Under the pieces are notes generated by a model. The model was not told where the DNA came from. It was given only the letters and a program-made list of their open reading frames with translations, and did no database searches. Of a stretch of 64,000 nt of DNA, positions 10,359 to 18,402 are shown in pieces. The position numbers and the translations under genes are program-made. Every line of letters begins with the position of its first letter. Position 1 is the first letter of the stretch. The stretch is from a virus, in IMG/VR virus record IMGVR_UViG_3300031758_000004, positions 32,001 through 96,000 of that record, one strand, 5' to 3'.

Positions 10359-10476
10359 ATTTTATATATTAAATTTGATTTGTACATTTTTGTACATTTT
10401 CTGTATAAAATCCACACTTTTTCGATTGTAATTTTAATTACACATATATAATCATATTAAAAAAATTAAAACTTTT

Positions 10477-10507
10477 TTTGGTAATTAAAATAAAAGATGT
10501 ATATTTG
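10477..10507 (+). promoter_or_regulatory. Bacteroidota-type sigma70 promoter (-33 TTTG / -7 TAnnTTTG)
   Basis: TTTG at 10477-10480, 19-nt spacer, TATATTTG at 10500-10507. Confidence 0.7.
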
Positions 10508-10598
10508 TAAAAGATTTCTGACTGAGATTTAACAAATGAAAATCTTTTAAAGAAATTTTAAACTTTTTAAAATATAAATATAAAATAAAAACAAAATT

Positions 10599-10673
10599 AC
10601 CGTAGTTAGAGAAAAGGTTACTTCGCAATTTTTAGGATAATTTCAAAACACACCTTATCTCAATTTTCTCGGT
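10599..10673 (+). ncRNA. Putative Y-RNA-like stem-loop RNA, module 1 (Ro60-associated)
   Basis: Ends pair (GAGAAAAGGT 10609-18 with ACCTTATCTC 10652-61; ACC/GGT at the ends). The loop starts with TACTTCG. Lies upstream of the TROVE gene. Confidence 0.55.
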
Positions 10674-10682
10674 CATTATTAA

Positions 10683-10914
10683 AACAGACATAGCAATAGC
10701 TCTGAGATACTTCGAACTATAAATAACAATTCAGATCGAAAAGTGTCAAAAGCGACAGCTACGACTACCAAGAAGGTATATTCTCTGGAATATTCTGAGG
10801 TGAAAAAGTCCGTTAGTCTTCACGTTACGGAGACGAGTGGAATGGTCACTACAACCATTGATAGAGTTTCGGGAGAATTCTCTATGACGCTTAGGCTAAA
10901 CTTTCTTGTCTGTT
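10683..10914 (+). ncRNA. Putative large structured RNA, module 2 (Y-RNA-like closing stem with ~180-nt multi-hairpin insert)
   Basis: AACAGACA/TGTCTGTT and TAGC-T-CTGAG/CTTAG-GCTA close the element. The loop starts with TACTTCG, there are at least five internal hairpins, and the region is visibly GC-richer than its flanks. Confidence 0.65.
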
Positions 10915-10923
10915 ACTTATTAT

Positions 10924-10967
10924 AATGACCAGGATATACAAATGTATAGTTCTGGTCATTTTTTTTT
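10924..10967 (+). terminator. Long intrinsic terminator between the ncRNAs and the TROVE gene
   Basis: AATGACCAGGA-TATACA-AA-TGTATA-G-TTCTGGTCATT followed by a T-run. Confidence 0.85.
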
Positions 10968-11014
10968 GTAGAAATTAAAGAAATTAAAAATATTAAAATA
11001 AAATTAAAGAAATT

Positions 11015-11485
11015 ATGGCTAGATTTAACGCAACATTACCTAAACAAAAGACCTTAACTAATAACTTAGCAGGAGGTCAAGCTTATTCACAATCTGATGA
11101 ATTAGCATTAGTATCATTTTTACTAACATCATTTGTTAGTGATCAATTTTATAGATCATCTGATCAATCTTTGAATGAGTTGAAAAAACTTTTAATCAAA
11201 GTTGATCCTGTTTTTGCCGCTAAAGCAGCTATTTATGCCAGAGATAAGTTTGGTATGAGATCTGTTGCACATGCTTTAGCAGGTGAGTTAGCAAAGTATT
11301 TATCTGGAAAAGATTTTGCTAAGAATTTCTATGATAAAATAGTTGTTAGACCTGATGATATGATGGAGATATTAGCTTATTATAATACAAATTGTGGGAC
11401 TAAAATTCCTAACTCTATTAAAAAGGGATTCGCAAAATCATTTGATAGATTTGATGGTTATCAGTTGTCTAAATGGAAAAAATGA
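11015..11485 (+). CDS. rsr: Ro60/TROVE-domain RNA-binding protein, N-terminal fragment
   Basis: NLAGGQAY, DQFY, AIYARDKFGMRS, RPDDMMEILAY, KKGFAKSFDRFDGYQLSK: the N-terminal TROVE domain. Confidence 0.88.
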   Translation: MARFNATLPKQKTLTNNLAGGQAYSQSDELALVSFLLTSFVSDQFYRSSDQSLNELKKLLIKVDPVFAAKAAIYARDKFGMRSVAHALAGELAKYLSGKDFAKNFYDKIVVRPDDMMEILAYYNTNCGTKIPNSIKKGFAKSFDRFDGYQLSKWKK

Positions 11486-11520
11486 TATTTGAAAAATAAT
11501 ATATACTTAAAAAGTATATT

Positions 11521-12195
11521 ATGAGTTTTTTTATTTCAAAAGAAGATTTGGAGTATTTATATTTTGTGGAAAATTTATCTTACTCTAAAATTGAAAAAAA
11601 ATTAAACTTAAATCGAGGTGTTATATATCACTGGTTTAAAAAATATGAAATTAAACCAAGAAACTACTCAGATGCTGGTAAAGGTAGAAAATTTACAGAT
11701 GAACATAAGAAAAAAATTTCATTTTCAAATTCCAAGCCACATACCGAAGAGAGAAAAAAAAATATATCAAATTCACACTTAGGTAAAAATTTAACAGATG
11801 AGCATAAAGATAAAATAAGAAGTAAATTTATAGGACTTAGACCTGGATTTAAACACCCTATGTGGAAAGGAGGTAGATCCACATTTAGAAATAGATTACA
11901 ACAATCATCTCTATATAAGGAATGGAGAAAATCTATATATGATCGTGACTTATATAAATGTCAAATTTGTAATAGTGGTGGTAAATTAAATTCACATCAT
12001 ATTATAAAGTTCTCAAAGATTGTAGAGGATTACAATCTTTTAAAATACGAAGATTACATCATGTGTAATTTTCTTTGGGATATAGATAATGGAATTACAT
12101 TATGTGAAAAATGTCACCATAGTATAAAAGGTATAGAGGAAAAATTTGAAGAAAAATTTAAAAGTATAATTTATGAAAAAAAGAAAAATGTATAA
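11521..12195 (+). mobile_element. Free-standing HNH homing endonuclease with NUMOD3 repeats
   Basis: HTH N-terminus, three (F/H/L)T(D/E)E(H/R)K..I repeats, HPMWKGG, RDLYKCQIC...LNSHHI...NGITLCEKCH. Confidence 0.88.
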
Positions 12196-13147
12196 ATTAG
12201 TTGACGTTGTTAACTTAGTACACCCAGTGCCAACAGAGAAAAACTCTGAAGCACTTAACTTATTAATCAATGATAAGTTAAAAAACACTGATACTTGGGA
12301 AGCTAAGTTATCAGCAGCTGGTCAATCAGCTGAGAACTCAGAAGATTTGGCACAATTAAAGGCTGATGCTTGGACAGAGTTAATCTCTACAAGAAAATTG
12401 GGTTACTTTGCTCTTTTAAGAAACTTGAGAAACATTGTCTCTCAAGCTCCACAATCTGTTACTGCGGCTTGTGAAATGTTGGTTGATGAAAAATTAATCA
12501 AAAAGAGTAGAGTTTTACCATTCAGATTCTCTACAGCTTATGAAGAAATCTCTAAGCTTCCTTCAAACAAGGAAACAAGACAAGTGTTAGTTGCTATCAA
12601 CAACGCTCTTGAAGTTTCAGTACAAAATGTACCAAAGTTTGAAGGTGAAACATTACTTGTAATGGACGTATCTGGATCTATGAGTGGTAGACCATCAGAA
12701 ATTGCGAGTTTATTCGGAGCAATTATTGCGAAAGCAAATAACTGTGACGTTATGACTTTCTCTACAAGTGCTAATTATAAGACTTACAATCCATTGGATT
12801 CTGTAATGACAATAAGAAGCTCTTTTAGATACTCTGGTGGTGGTACTAACTTTAAGTCTATCTTCCAAAATGCTAATAAGGCTTATGATAACATCGTTAT
12901 TTTAAGTGATATGCAAGGTTGGATTGGTTATACATCACCAAGTGCTGAGTTTAACCAATATAAGAAAAGATTTGGGGCTAATCCTTCAGTATTCTCTTGG
13001 GATCTTGCTGGGTATGGTACTTTACAACTACCTGAAAATGGTGTTTACTGTTTGGCTGGTTTTTCTGATAAAGTTTTTGATGTAATTGAATTACTAAAAA
13101 CTGACAGAAATGCGTTAGTAAACGAAATTAAATCCATTGAGATTTAA
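12188..13147 (+). CDS. rsr: Ro60/TROVE protein, C-terminal fragment including vWA domain
   Basis: KLVDVVNLVHP, TWEAKLS, LGYFALLRNLRNI, SRVLPFRF, vWA MIDAS DVSGSM, GGGTNF, ILSDMQ, WDLAGYG. The start is taken at ATG 12188, which overlaps the HNH stop; the ORF track starts at 12173. Confidence 0.9.
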   Translation: MYKLVDVVNLVHPVPTEKNSEALNLLINDKLKNTDTWEAKLSAAGQSAENSEDLAQLKADAWTELISTRKLGYFALLRNLRNIVSQAPQSVTAACEMLVDEKLIKKSRVLPFRFSTAYEEISKLPSNKETRQVLVAINNALEVSVQNVPKFEGETLLVMDVSGSMSGRPSEIASLFGAIIAKANNCDVMTFSTSANYKTYNPLDSVMTIRSSFRYSGGGTNFKSIFQNANKAYDNIVILSDMQGWIGYTSPSAEFNQYKKRFGANPSVFSWDLAGYGTLQLPENGVYCLAGFSDKVFDVIELLKTDRNALVNEIKSIEI

Positions 13148-13151
13148 TAAC

Positions 13152-13182
13152 AAAAAACCCACTCATTTGAGTGGGTTTTTTT
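13152..13182. terminator. Bidirectional intrinsic terminator
   Basis: AAAAAACCCACTC-ATTT-GAGTGGGTTTTTT between convergent genes. Confidence 0.85.
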
Positions 13183-13945
13183 ATTTCCATATATTTTCTA
13201 AATTTATTCTAGAGGTTATTTCAATAACTTTATCTCCTTTTTTGAGTGTGTATTTATGTAATCCTAAGAATTTATTTATTATACTATCAACTTTATATTT
13301 TTCATCATCATCTAAATCATTATTAAATATTTGAATTAGATTATCTATTTCATCATAAGTTAAAAAGTCTTTGTTACCAACAAAATAAACAAAGTTATAA
13401 TTATATTCATTATACTTTTCAGCACCCGGTTCATAAGATTTATCTATTAGAAATTGAGTTATTGAGTTTTCAACGCCTAATGATGGTAATGTAAATTTAT
13501 ATCCATCAATTAAAAACTCTTTTAATTCATTATTCCAATTTTTATTTAGATGTTTAAAATTAAAATAGTTAAAATTTTTTGATTCAAAATCAACAACGTG
13601 ATCTTCACCAAATTCATCAAAGTAGAAAATTTTAATCTTTTTATTCTTTGTAAATTTTACTATTTCAAAAAATAAGAAAATAACATCAATACTTTTTATA
13701 TACTCAAATGTATAACTATCTGGTATAATAATATTCTTCTTAACGATCTTCTTAACTTTTCTAAGAACTACACTTAAATCATCTATTACAAAGCCCATCT
13801 CATAGTCTTTTATATCTTTATCATTTGCTTTTTTGATAAAGACTTTAAAGTCATTATTATAAAAATAACCTTGTGATGGTAAGATACTTAAATCTATTTC
13901 TTTCTTTTTGGAAAAGATATTCTTTATAAAATCAATTATTCTCAT
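13181..13945 (-). CDS. T4 gp26-like baseplate hub protein
   Basis: LSILPSQGYFY and SIDVIFLFFEI motifs. The probable start is ATG at 13945. Confidence 0.6.
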   Translation of the reverse strand: MRIIDFIKNIFSKKKEIDLSILPSQGYFYNNDFKVFIKKANDKDIKDYEMGFVIDDLSVVLRKVKKIVKKNIIIPDSYTFEYIKSIDVIFLFFEIVKFTKNKKIKIFYFDEFGEDHVVDFESKNFNYFNFKHLNKNWNNELKEFLIDGYKFTLPSLGVENSITQFLIDKSYEPGAEKYNEYNYNFVYFVGNKDFLTYDEIDNLIQIFNNDLDDDEKYKVDSIINKFLGLHKYTLKKGDKVIEITSRINLENIWK

Positions 13946-13996
13946 AAAATATATATATTTTTTTAGAGAGCTCATGTCAAGTTTATATATACAACT

Positions 13997-14716
13997 ATGT
14001 TAGTTCATGATGATTGCTTTAACTATATATCTAATTTAAAAGATAAATCAATTAGTTTGATATTAACAGATCCACCTTATCAAATATCCAAGTCATCAAA
14101 TTTTAAAAACTATTCAGATAAAGCTAATTCTGATATAATAACAAAGTATGGTAGTCACTCTATTGACTTTGGTGAATGGGATAAAGAAGAAATTAACTGG
14201 GATCTCTTATTTAAAGAATATTTTAGAATATTAAAAGATGGTGGTACTCTAATATTCTTTTTTGATATATGGAAGTCAACTATTATAAAAGAAATAGCCG
14301 ATAAGTATAAATTCAAACAAGCAAGAGTTTGTCAATGGCAAAAAACCAATCCAGTTCCTATAAATTCTAAAGTTAATTATCTTTCAAATGCTAACGAATA
14401 TTTTTTCACTTTTGTAAAAGGTAAGAAACCTACTTTTAACTCCGAGTATGATAATGGTGTTTATAGATATCCAATTTGTCATGGAAAAGAAAGATTGGAT
14501 CACCCAACTCAAAAGCCACTTAGTTTAATACAAGATTTAGTTAAAAAACACTCTAATGAAGGTGATTTGGTGTTGGATACTTTTGCTGGATCTGGTACAA
14601 CCGGTGAAGCCTGTCAAATTTTAAATAGAAAATATATTTTAATTGAAAAGGATGAAAATTATTTTTTATTGATAAAAAATAGGTTAGGAGAAAACAAAAC
14701 AGAAATAAATACATAA
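13997..14716 (+). CDS. DNA N4/N6 methyltransferase (beta class), orphan
   Basis: LILTDPPY (motif IV) precedes HPTQKP and VLDTFAGSGTTG (motif I). Confidence 0.9.
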   Translation: MLVHDDCFNYISNLKDKSISLILTDPPYQISKSSNFKNYSDKANSDIITKYGSHSIDFGEWDKEEINWDLLFKEYFRILKDGGTLIFFFDIWKSTIIKEIADKYKFKQARVCQWQKTNPVPINSKVNYLSNANEYFFTFVKGKKPTFNSEYDNGVYRYPICHGKERLDHPTQKPLSLIQDLVKKHSNEGDLVLDTFAGSGTTGEACQILNRKYILIEKDENYFLLIKNRLGENKTEINT

Positions 14717-14738
14717 AATAAAAAAATAATAAAGTAAT

Positions 14739-15140
14739 ATGTCTATTAAAATAAAAAATTCAGAATTATCAAGTGAAACAATATCAGCATTAAATACATT
14801 AATTGATACTGATATCAACGCTACTTGCGCATTTAGATTAACTAGAATTATCAAAGAATTATCTTCTATTGTTGAAGATAAAGCAAAATTAGAAAAAAGA
14901 TTAATCGAGAAATATACTGATCGTGATGAAAATGGACAACCTACTAAAGTATATAACCAAGATGGTCAAGAAGTAGAAGGTGCTGTTAATTTAACAAATC
15001 CAGAAGCATTTCAAAATGAAATGAATGACTTTTTAGAGTTGGAAAATGAAATTCCTTATGATAAAATAAATTTTGAAGATCTTAAATTGGAGACTGCTAA
15101 GGTAAAAGATTTAATAACATTAGAGTTTTTATTTAATTAA
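14739..15140 (+). CDS. Hypothetical phage protein (helical, tail-region associated)
   Basis: 133-aa ORF with a coiled-coil pattern, followed by a terminator. Confidence 0.6.
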   Translation: MSIKIKNSELSSETISALNTLIDTDINATCAFRLTRIIKELSSIVEDKAKLEKRLIEKYTDRDENGQPTKVYNQDGQEVEGAVNLTNPEAFQNEMNDFLELENEIPYDKINFEDLKLETAKVKDLITLEFLFN

Positions 15141-15160
15141 AATTAAATTTTCTAAAATAT

Positions 15161-15189
15161 AAAGTCCGATGTTAAATCGGACTTTTTTT
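15161..15189 (+). terminator. Intrinsic terminator
   Basis: AAAGTCCGAT-GTTAA-ATCGGACTTT followed by a T-run. Confidence 0.85.
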
Positions 15190-15220
15190 ATTTAATATAT
15201 ACAAAAAAAGAATATATTAA

Positions 15221-16843
15221 ATGCCTGCTACATATAGTGTAAACATCGGTACTGAGTATGAAGCTTCGAGACTTCCAGATATATTAAGTGTACTAAAAAA
15301 TATTCCAGATAATACACACAAACTTATATCACCTAAAGATGTTAGAGATGCTTTTTTATCAACTTGGGCGAATTCACCAATTAAACAAACCACCACAACT
15401 GCTGGAACTGAATATATTGGTATAGATTCTGGTAATCCATCTAATCGTGATATAAAGCAAAAAATTTATTTAGGTAAAAGACAATTTGGTGGTAGTGATA
15501 TTTTAAATCCTACATTATTAAACAATACTAATAATGATATTTATATTTTTAATACAAAACCTGATACATCTACACAGAGTAATACTAGAATTGCAATTTT
15601 AGCAGGTACCAATTCATCTTTATATACACAAGCCCCTTATATAGAAAGTATTAGTGATGGAACAAAATTTGATTTTGAGTTTAGAAATCCATCAATTAAT
15701 AGTGGTTCAATTAACATCTATAGCTCAACTGGTAGAGTTTCTATCAACGGTATAATTTTTCCAACTGTTGCTGAATCATCCGCTTCTGCTTCAAATGGTA
15801 AAGTATTGAGATATTATGGTACTTATCCTAATGGTAGTTTAAGATGGGATAATACAAATGTTAGTATTGCTACTATTGGTAGTCCAGGAAGTCCAACAAA
15901 TATTTATGGTAGTACCGTTAGTTTAAATGGATACTCTTTAGAGTTTATAAATAATACAATAGTGCCAAGTAAAGTTGGTGGTATTGCAGTTGGAACATCT
16001 TTCTCATCAAACTCTTTTTATAATGGTAGTGGTTATCAAAATTGGCCTATTAGTGAAGTGTTGAGAAATTTATTATTTCCTTATATACCACCTCATATCT
16101 CAGTTGAGGCTATAAATACATCTAGTTTAAATAGTTATGCTGAAGTTGGAACAACCGCAACTTTAAACTTAAAATATAATCTTACAATATATCCAAGAGA
16201 AAGTAGTGAGTATGTTAGAGATTATTATGTAATTTCAAATGAGCCAAGTCCAATTGGAACAACTTTATACCCATTGGGTCAACCATATTGTGGTTTATCT
16301 TTTTCAACATCATTACCTGGTACAACATTTAGTGGAACGGTTAGTATATCTAAAAGTAGAGCAACATATGGAACCGTTAGCTTTGGTTTTCAAGTTTCTG
16401 ATAGAGATGGTTTTACAGCATCATCTTATCCTTATGGATTTAGTCATAGTGCTACTGCTTCATTTACCTATATTTACCCTATATTTTATGGTTTTACAAA
16501 TTCTGTTATTACAACAAATAGTTCGATATTTACAAGTGGAGTTACAACAATTTCAAAATTATTGCAACCATATCCAGGGGTAACTAATTCAGTTACATTT
16601 AATTCTACCGGTAGTGGATACTTTTATTTTTGTTTTCCAACAGCTTATTTTAATACCGTTGTATCTAGAATAAAGGATCCTAATGGATTTATATTATATA
16701 ATGGTGATTTATCTTCATCATTCTTTACTTATAGTACTGGATTATCAAACGCTAATTATGCTACTCCAACTAATTACACTGTTTGGAGAACAGTAGCTAC
16801 TTGTAGTTACTCACAAAATGGATCATTTGAATTTAAATTTTAA
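15221..16843 (+). CDS. Putative virion structural (tail/fibre) protein
   Basis: 540 aa, Ser/Thr/Gly/Asn-rich and beta-rich. Paralogue of the next ORF. TTAATATATA at 15192-15201. Confidence 0.6.
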   Translation: MPATYSVNIGTEYEASRLPDILSVLKNIPDNTHKLISPKDVRDAFLSTWANSPIKQTTTTAGTEYIGIDSGNPSNRDIKQKIYLGKRQFGGSDILNPTLLNNTNNDIYIFNTKPDTSTQSNTRIAILAGTNSSLYTQAPYIESISDGTKFDFEFRNPSINSGSINIYSSTGRVSINGIIFPTVAESSASASNGKVLRYYGTYPNGSLRWDNTNVSIATIGSPGSPTNIYGSTVSLNGYSLEFINNTIVPSKVGGIAVGTSFSSNSFYNGSGYQNWPISEVLRNLLFPYIPPHISVEAINTSSLNSYAEVGTTATLNLKYNLTIYPRESSEYVRDYYVISNEPSPIGTTLYPLGQPYCGLSFSTSLPGTTFSGTVSISKSRATYGTVSFGFQVSDRDGFTASSYPYGFSHSATASFTYIYPIFYGFTNSVITTNSSIFTSGVTTISKLLQPYPGVTNSVTFNSTGSGYFYFCFPTAYFNTVVSRIKDPNGFILYNGDLSSSFFTYSTGLSNANYATPTNYTVWRTVATCSYSQNGSFEFKF

Positions 16844-16845
16844 TT

Positions 16846-18384
16846 ATGGCAGGTACTTATAGTAAATATGATTCAACTTCTTACTACTCATTGAGTAGTG
16901 TTTTAGTATTGTCTGATTCAGGAACACAATCATATTCTTTTGGTAATAACTATGTTTATACTAACTTATTTGATAATGAGGATAAATTAATTTCACCAAA
17001 AATGTTGAGAGACTCTATATTATCAATATGGGACACAACACCATTTAAAGAGACAAGTGCTAGTGGTTCATATTATATTGGTATAGATACAGGAAATCCA
17101 AATGAAGATTTAACAAAAAAAATATATTTAGGTAAAAGGTATTATAGTAATGGTACCTATTCAACTACTGAAATAATGAATAATGATTTGTTGAGTAGTG
17201 AAGTGGATCTTTTCTTATTCAATACTAAGAAGGATTCTATAACACAATTACAAACTAAAATCGTTATTTTATCTGGTACAAACTCATCAATATACACTAA
17301 ATCACCATACATATCAAGTGATTATGTTGTTGGTACAACAGCTTCAAAATTAACTTTGAATTTAATAAATTCAAGTGGTGATATATCTTTATTATCACGT
17401 GGTATAGATCCATATACTGGCTTAAATACCAATTCTGGAGGTACTGTTTCTATTAATAATATTATTTACCCTACTATACAACAATCAACTGATGAGCAAA
17501 CAACCGATGGGTTAGATGGTAAGATACTAACATGGTTTAACGGAGGACTTACTTGGTCAAAAATTGAAGTTACTAATACTGATTGGGCTGGTGTCACTGG
17601 TTCTGAACTTAATTTATATGGTAATCCTGCTAATTTAAATGGTTATTCACTTGACTTTACTGATCATAGAATGGTTCCAATTAAAATCGGTGATATAGAA
17701 CCTGGATCTACTTTTTCAAAAAATAGTCTTTCCGATTTACTTAGTAGAATAATTTATGAATATCAAGCACCTGAATGTGATCTTGTATTAAAAACTAATA
17801 AATATTTAGAAGTAGGAACTTCACCAAAAATATTTTTAGATTATACTATCTATAAAAGAACAAATGATTTACTACCTACATTATTTACTAATATGATACC
17901 TAGTAGTTATGCTCCTATTTCTAGTCCTTATTCATTTAAAATAAATGGTGAAATAGAAGGAGCTGTTATAACACCATTACAAGCAACAACATCAACATTT
18001 ACTATGACTGTCAATGATGGATTAAATAGTAATAGTATAACAAAATCAGTTGTTGGTGTTTATCCTTATTTTTATGGATTTAGTACATTTAGTTCAATAA
18101 CAATAGCCAATTTATCCAGTTTAACTAAAAAAATTGAACCTAAAGAGGATAAAAGTTATGATATAACAGGTATTGGAAACTTCTTTTTTATATATGATAA
18201 AGATTATGGTACACTATCAAATATTTATAATAGTTATGGTGCTACTATATCAGCTTCGTTTTCATATACAACTAAAGTACTTTCATCACCAGATGGTTAC
18301 TGGCAATCAAAAGAATTTTATGTTTATAAGTGGGAGAGTGTTGAAATTGGACCTCCTTCAGAAATTTTCCAATTTGGATATTAA
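16846..18384 (+). CDS. Putative virion structural protein, paralogue of 15221-16843
   Basis: Shared blocks LISPK..RD...S.W, IGID(S/T)GNP....KIYLGKR, LNGYSL(E/D)F and P(I/Y)FYGF. Confidence 0.6.
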   Translation: MAGTYSKYDSTSYYSLSSVLVLSDSGTQSYSFGNNYVYTNLFDNEDKLISPKMLRDSILSIWDTTPFKETSASGSYYIGIDTGNPNEDLTKKIYLGKRYYSNGTYSTTEIMNNDLLSSEVDLFLFNTKKDSITQLQTKIVILSGTNSSIYTKSPYISSDYVVGTTASKLTLNLINSSGDISLLSRGIDPYTGLNTNSGGTVSINNIIYPTIQQSTDEQTTDGLDGKILTWFNGGLTWSKIEVTNTDWAGVTGSELNLYGNPANLNGYSLDFTDHRMVPIKIGDIEPGSTFSKNSLSDLLSRIIYEYQAPECDLVLKTNKYLEVGTSPKIFLDYTIYKRTNDLLPTLFTNMIPSSYAPISSPYSFKINGEIEGAVITPLQATTSTFTMTVNDGLNSNSITKSVVGVYPYFYGFSTFSSITIANLSSLTKKIEPKEDKSYDITGIGNFFFIYDKDYGTLSNIYNSYGATISASFSYTTKVLSSPDGYWQSKEFYVYKWESVEIGPPSEIFQFGY

Positions 18385-18402
18385 AAATTTTATATATAGT
18401 TT

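Noticed and set aside
10797-10900. RNase P RNA (GAGGTGAAAAAGTCC resembles GAGGAAAGTCC)
   Set aside because: The motif is too far from the 5-prime end, there is no ACAGAA/CGGCUUA CR-V element, and the P4 pairing is only ~4 bp.
10599-10914. tmRNA or tRNA (smpB is in the window)
   Set aside because: No GGGG 5-prime end, T-loop or CCA acceptor end. No cloverleaf was seen anywhere in the window.
10743-10925. 60-aa ORF from the track
   Set aside because: GTG start, no recognisable motif, and it lies within the structured RNA. Likely spurious.
11470-12190. Group I intron interrupting rsr
   Set aside because: Only 35 non-coding nt flank the HNH ORF, so there is no room for a ribozyme core. The obvious U|...G| splice would delete conserved residues.
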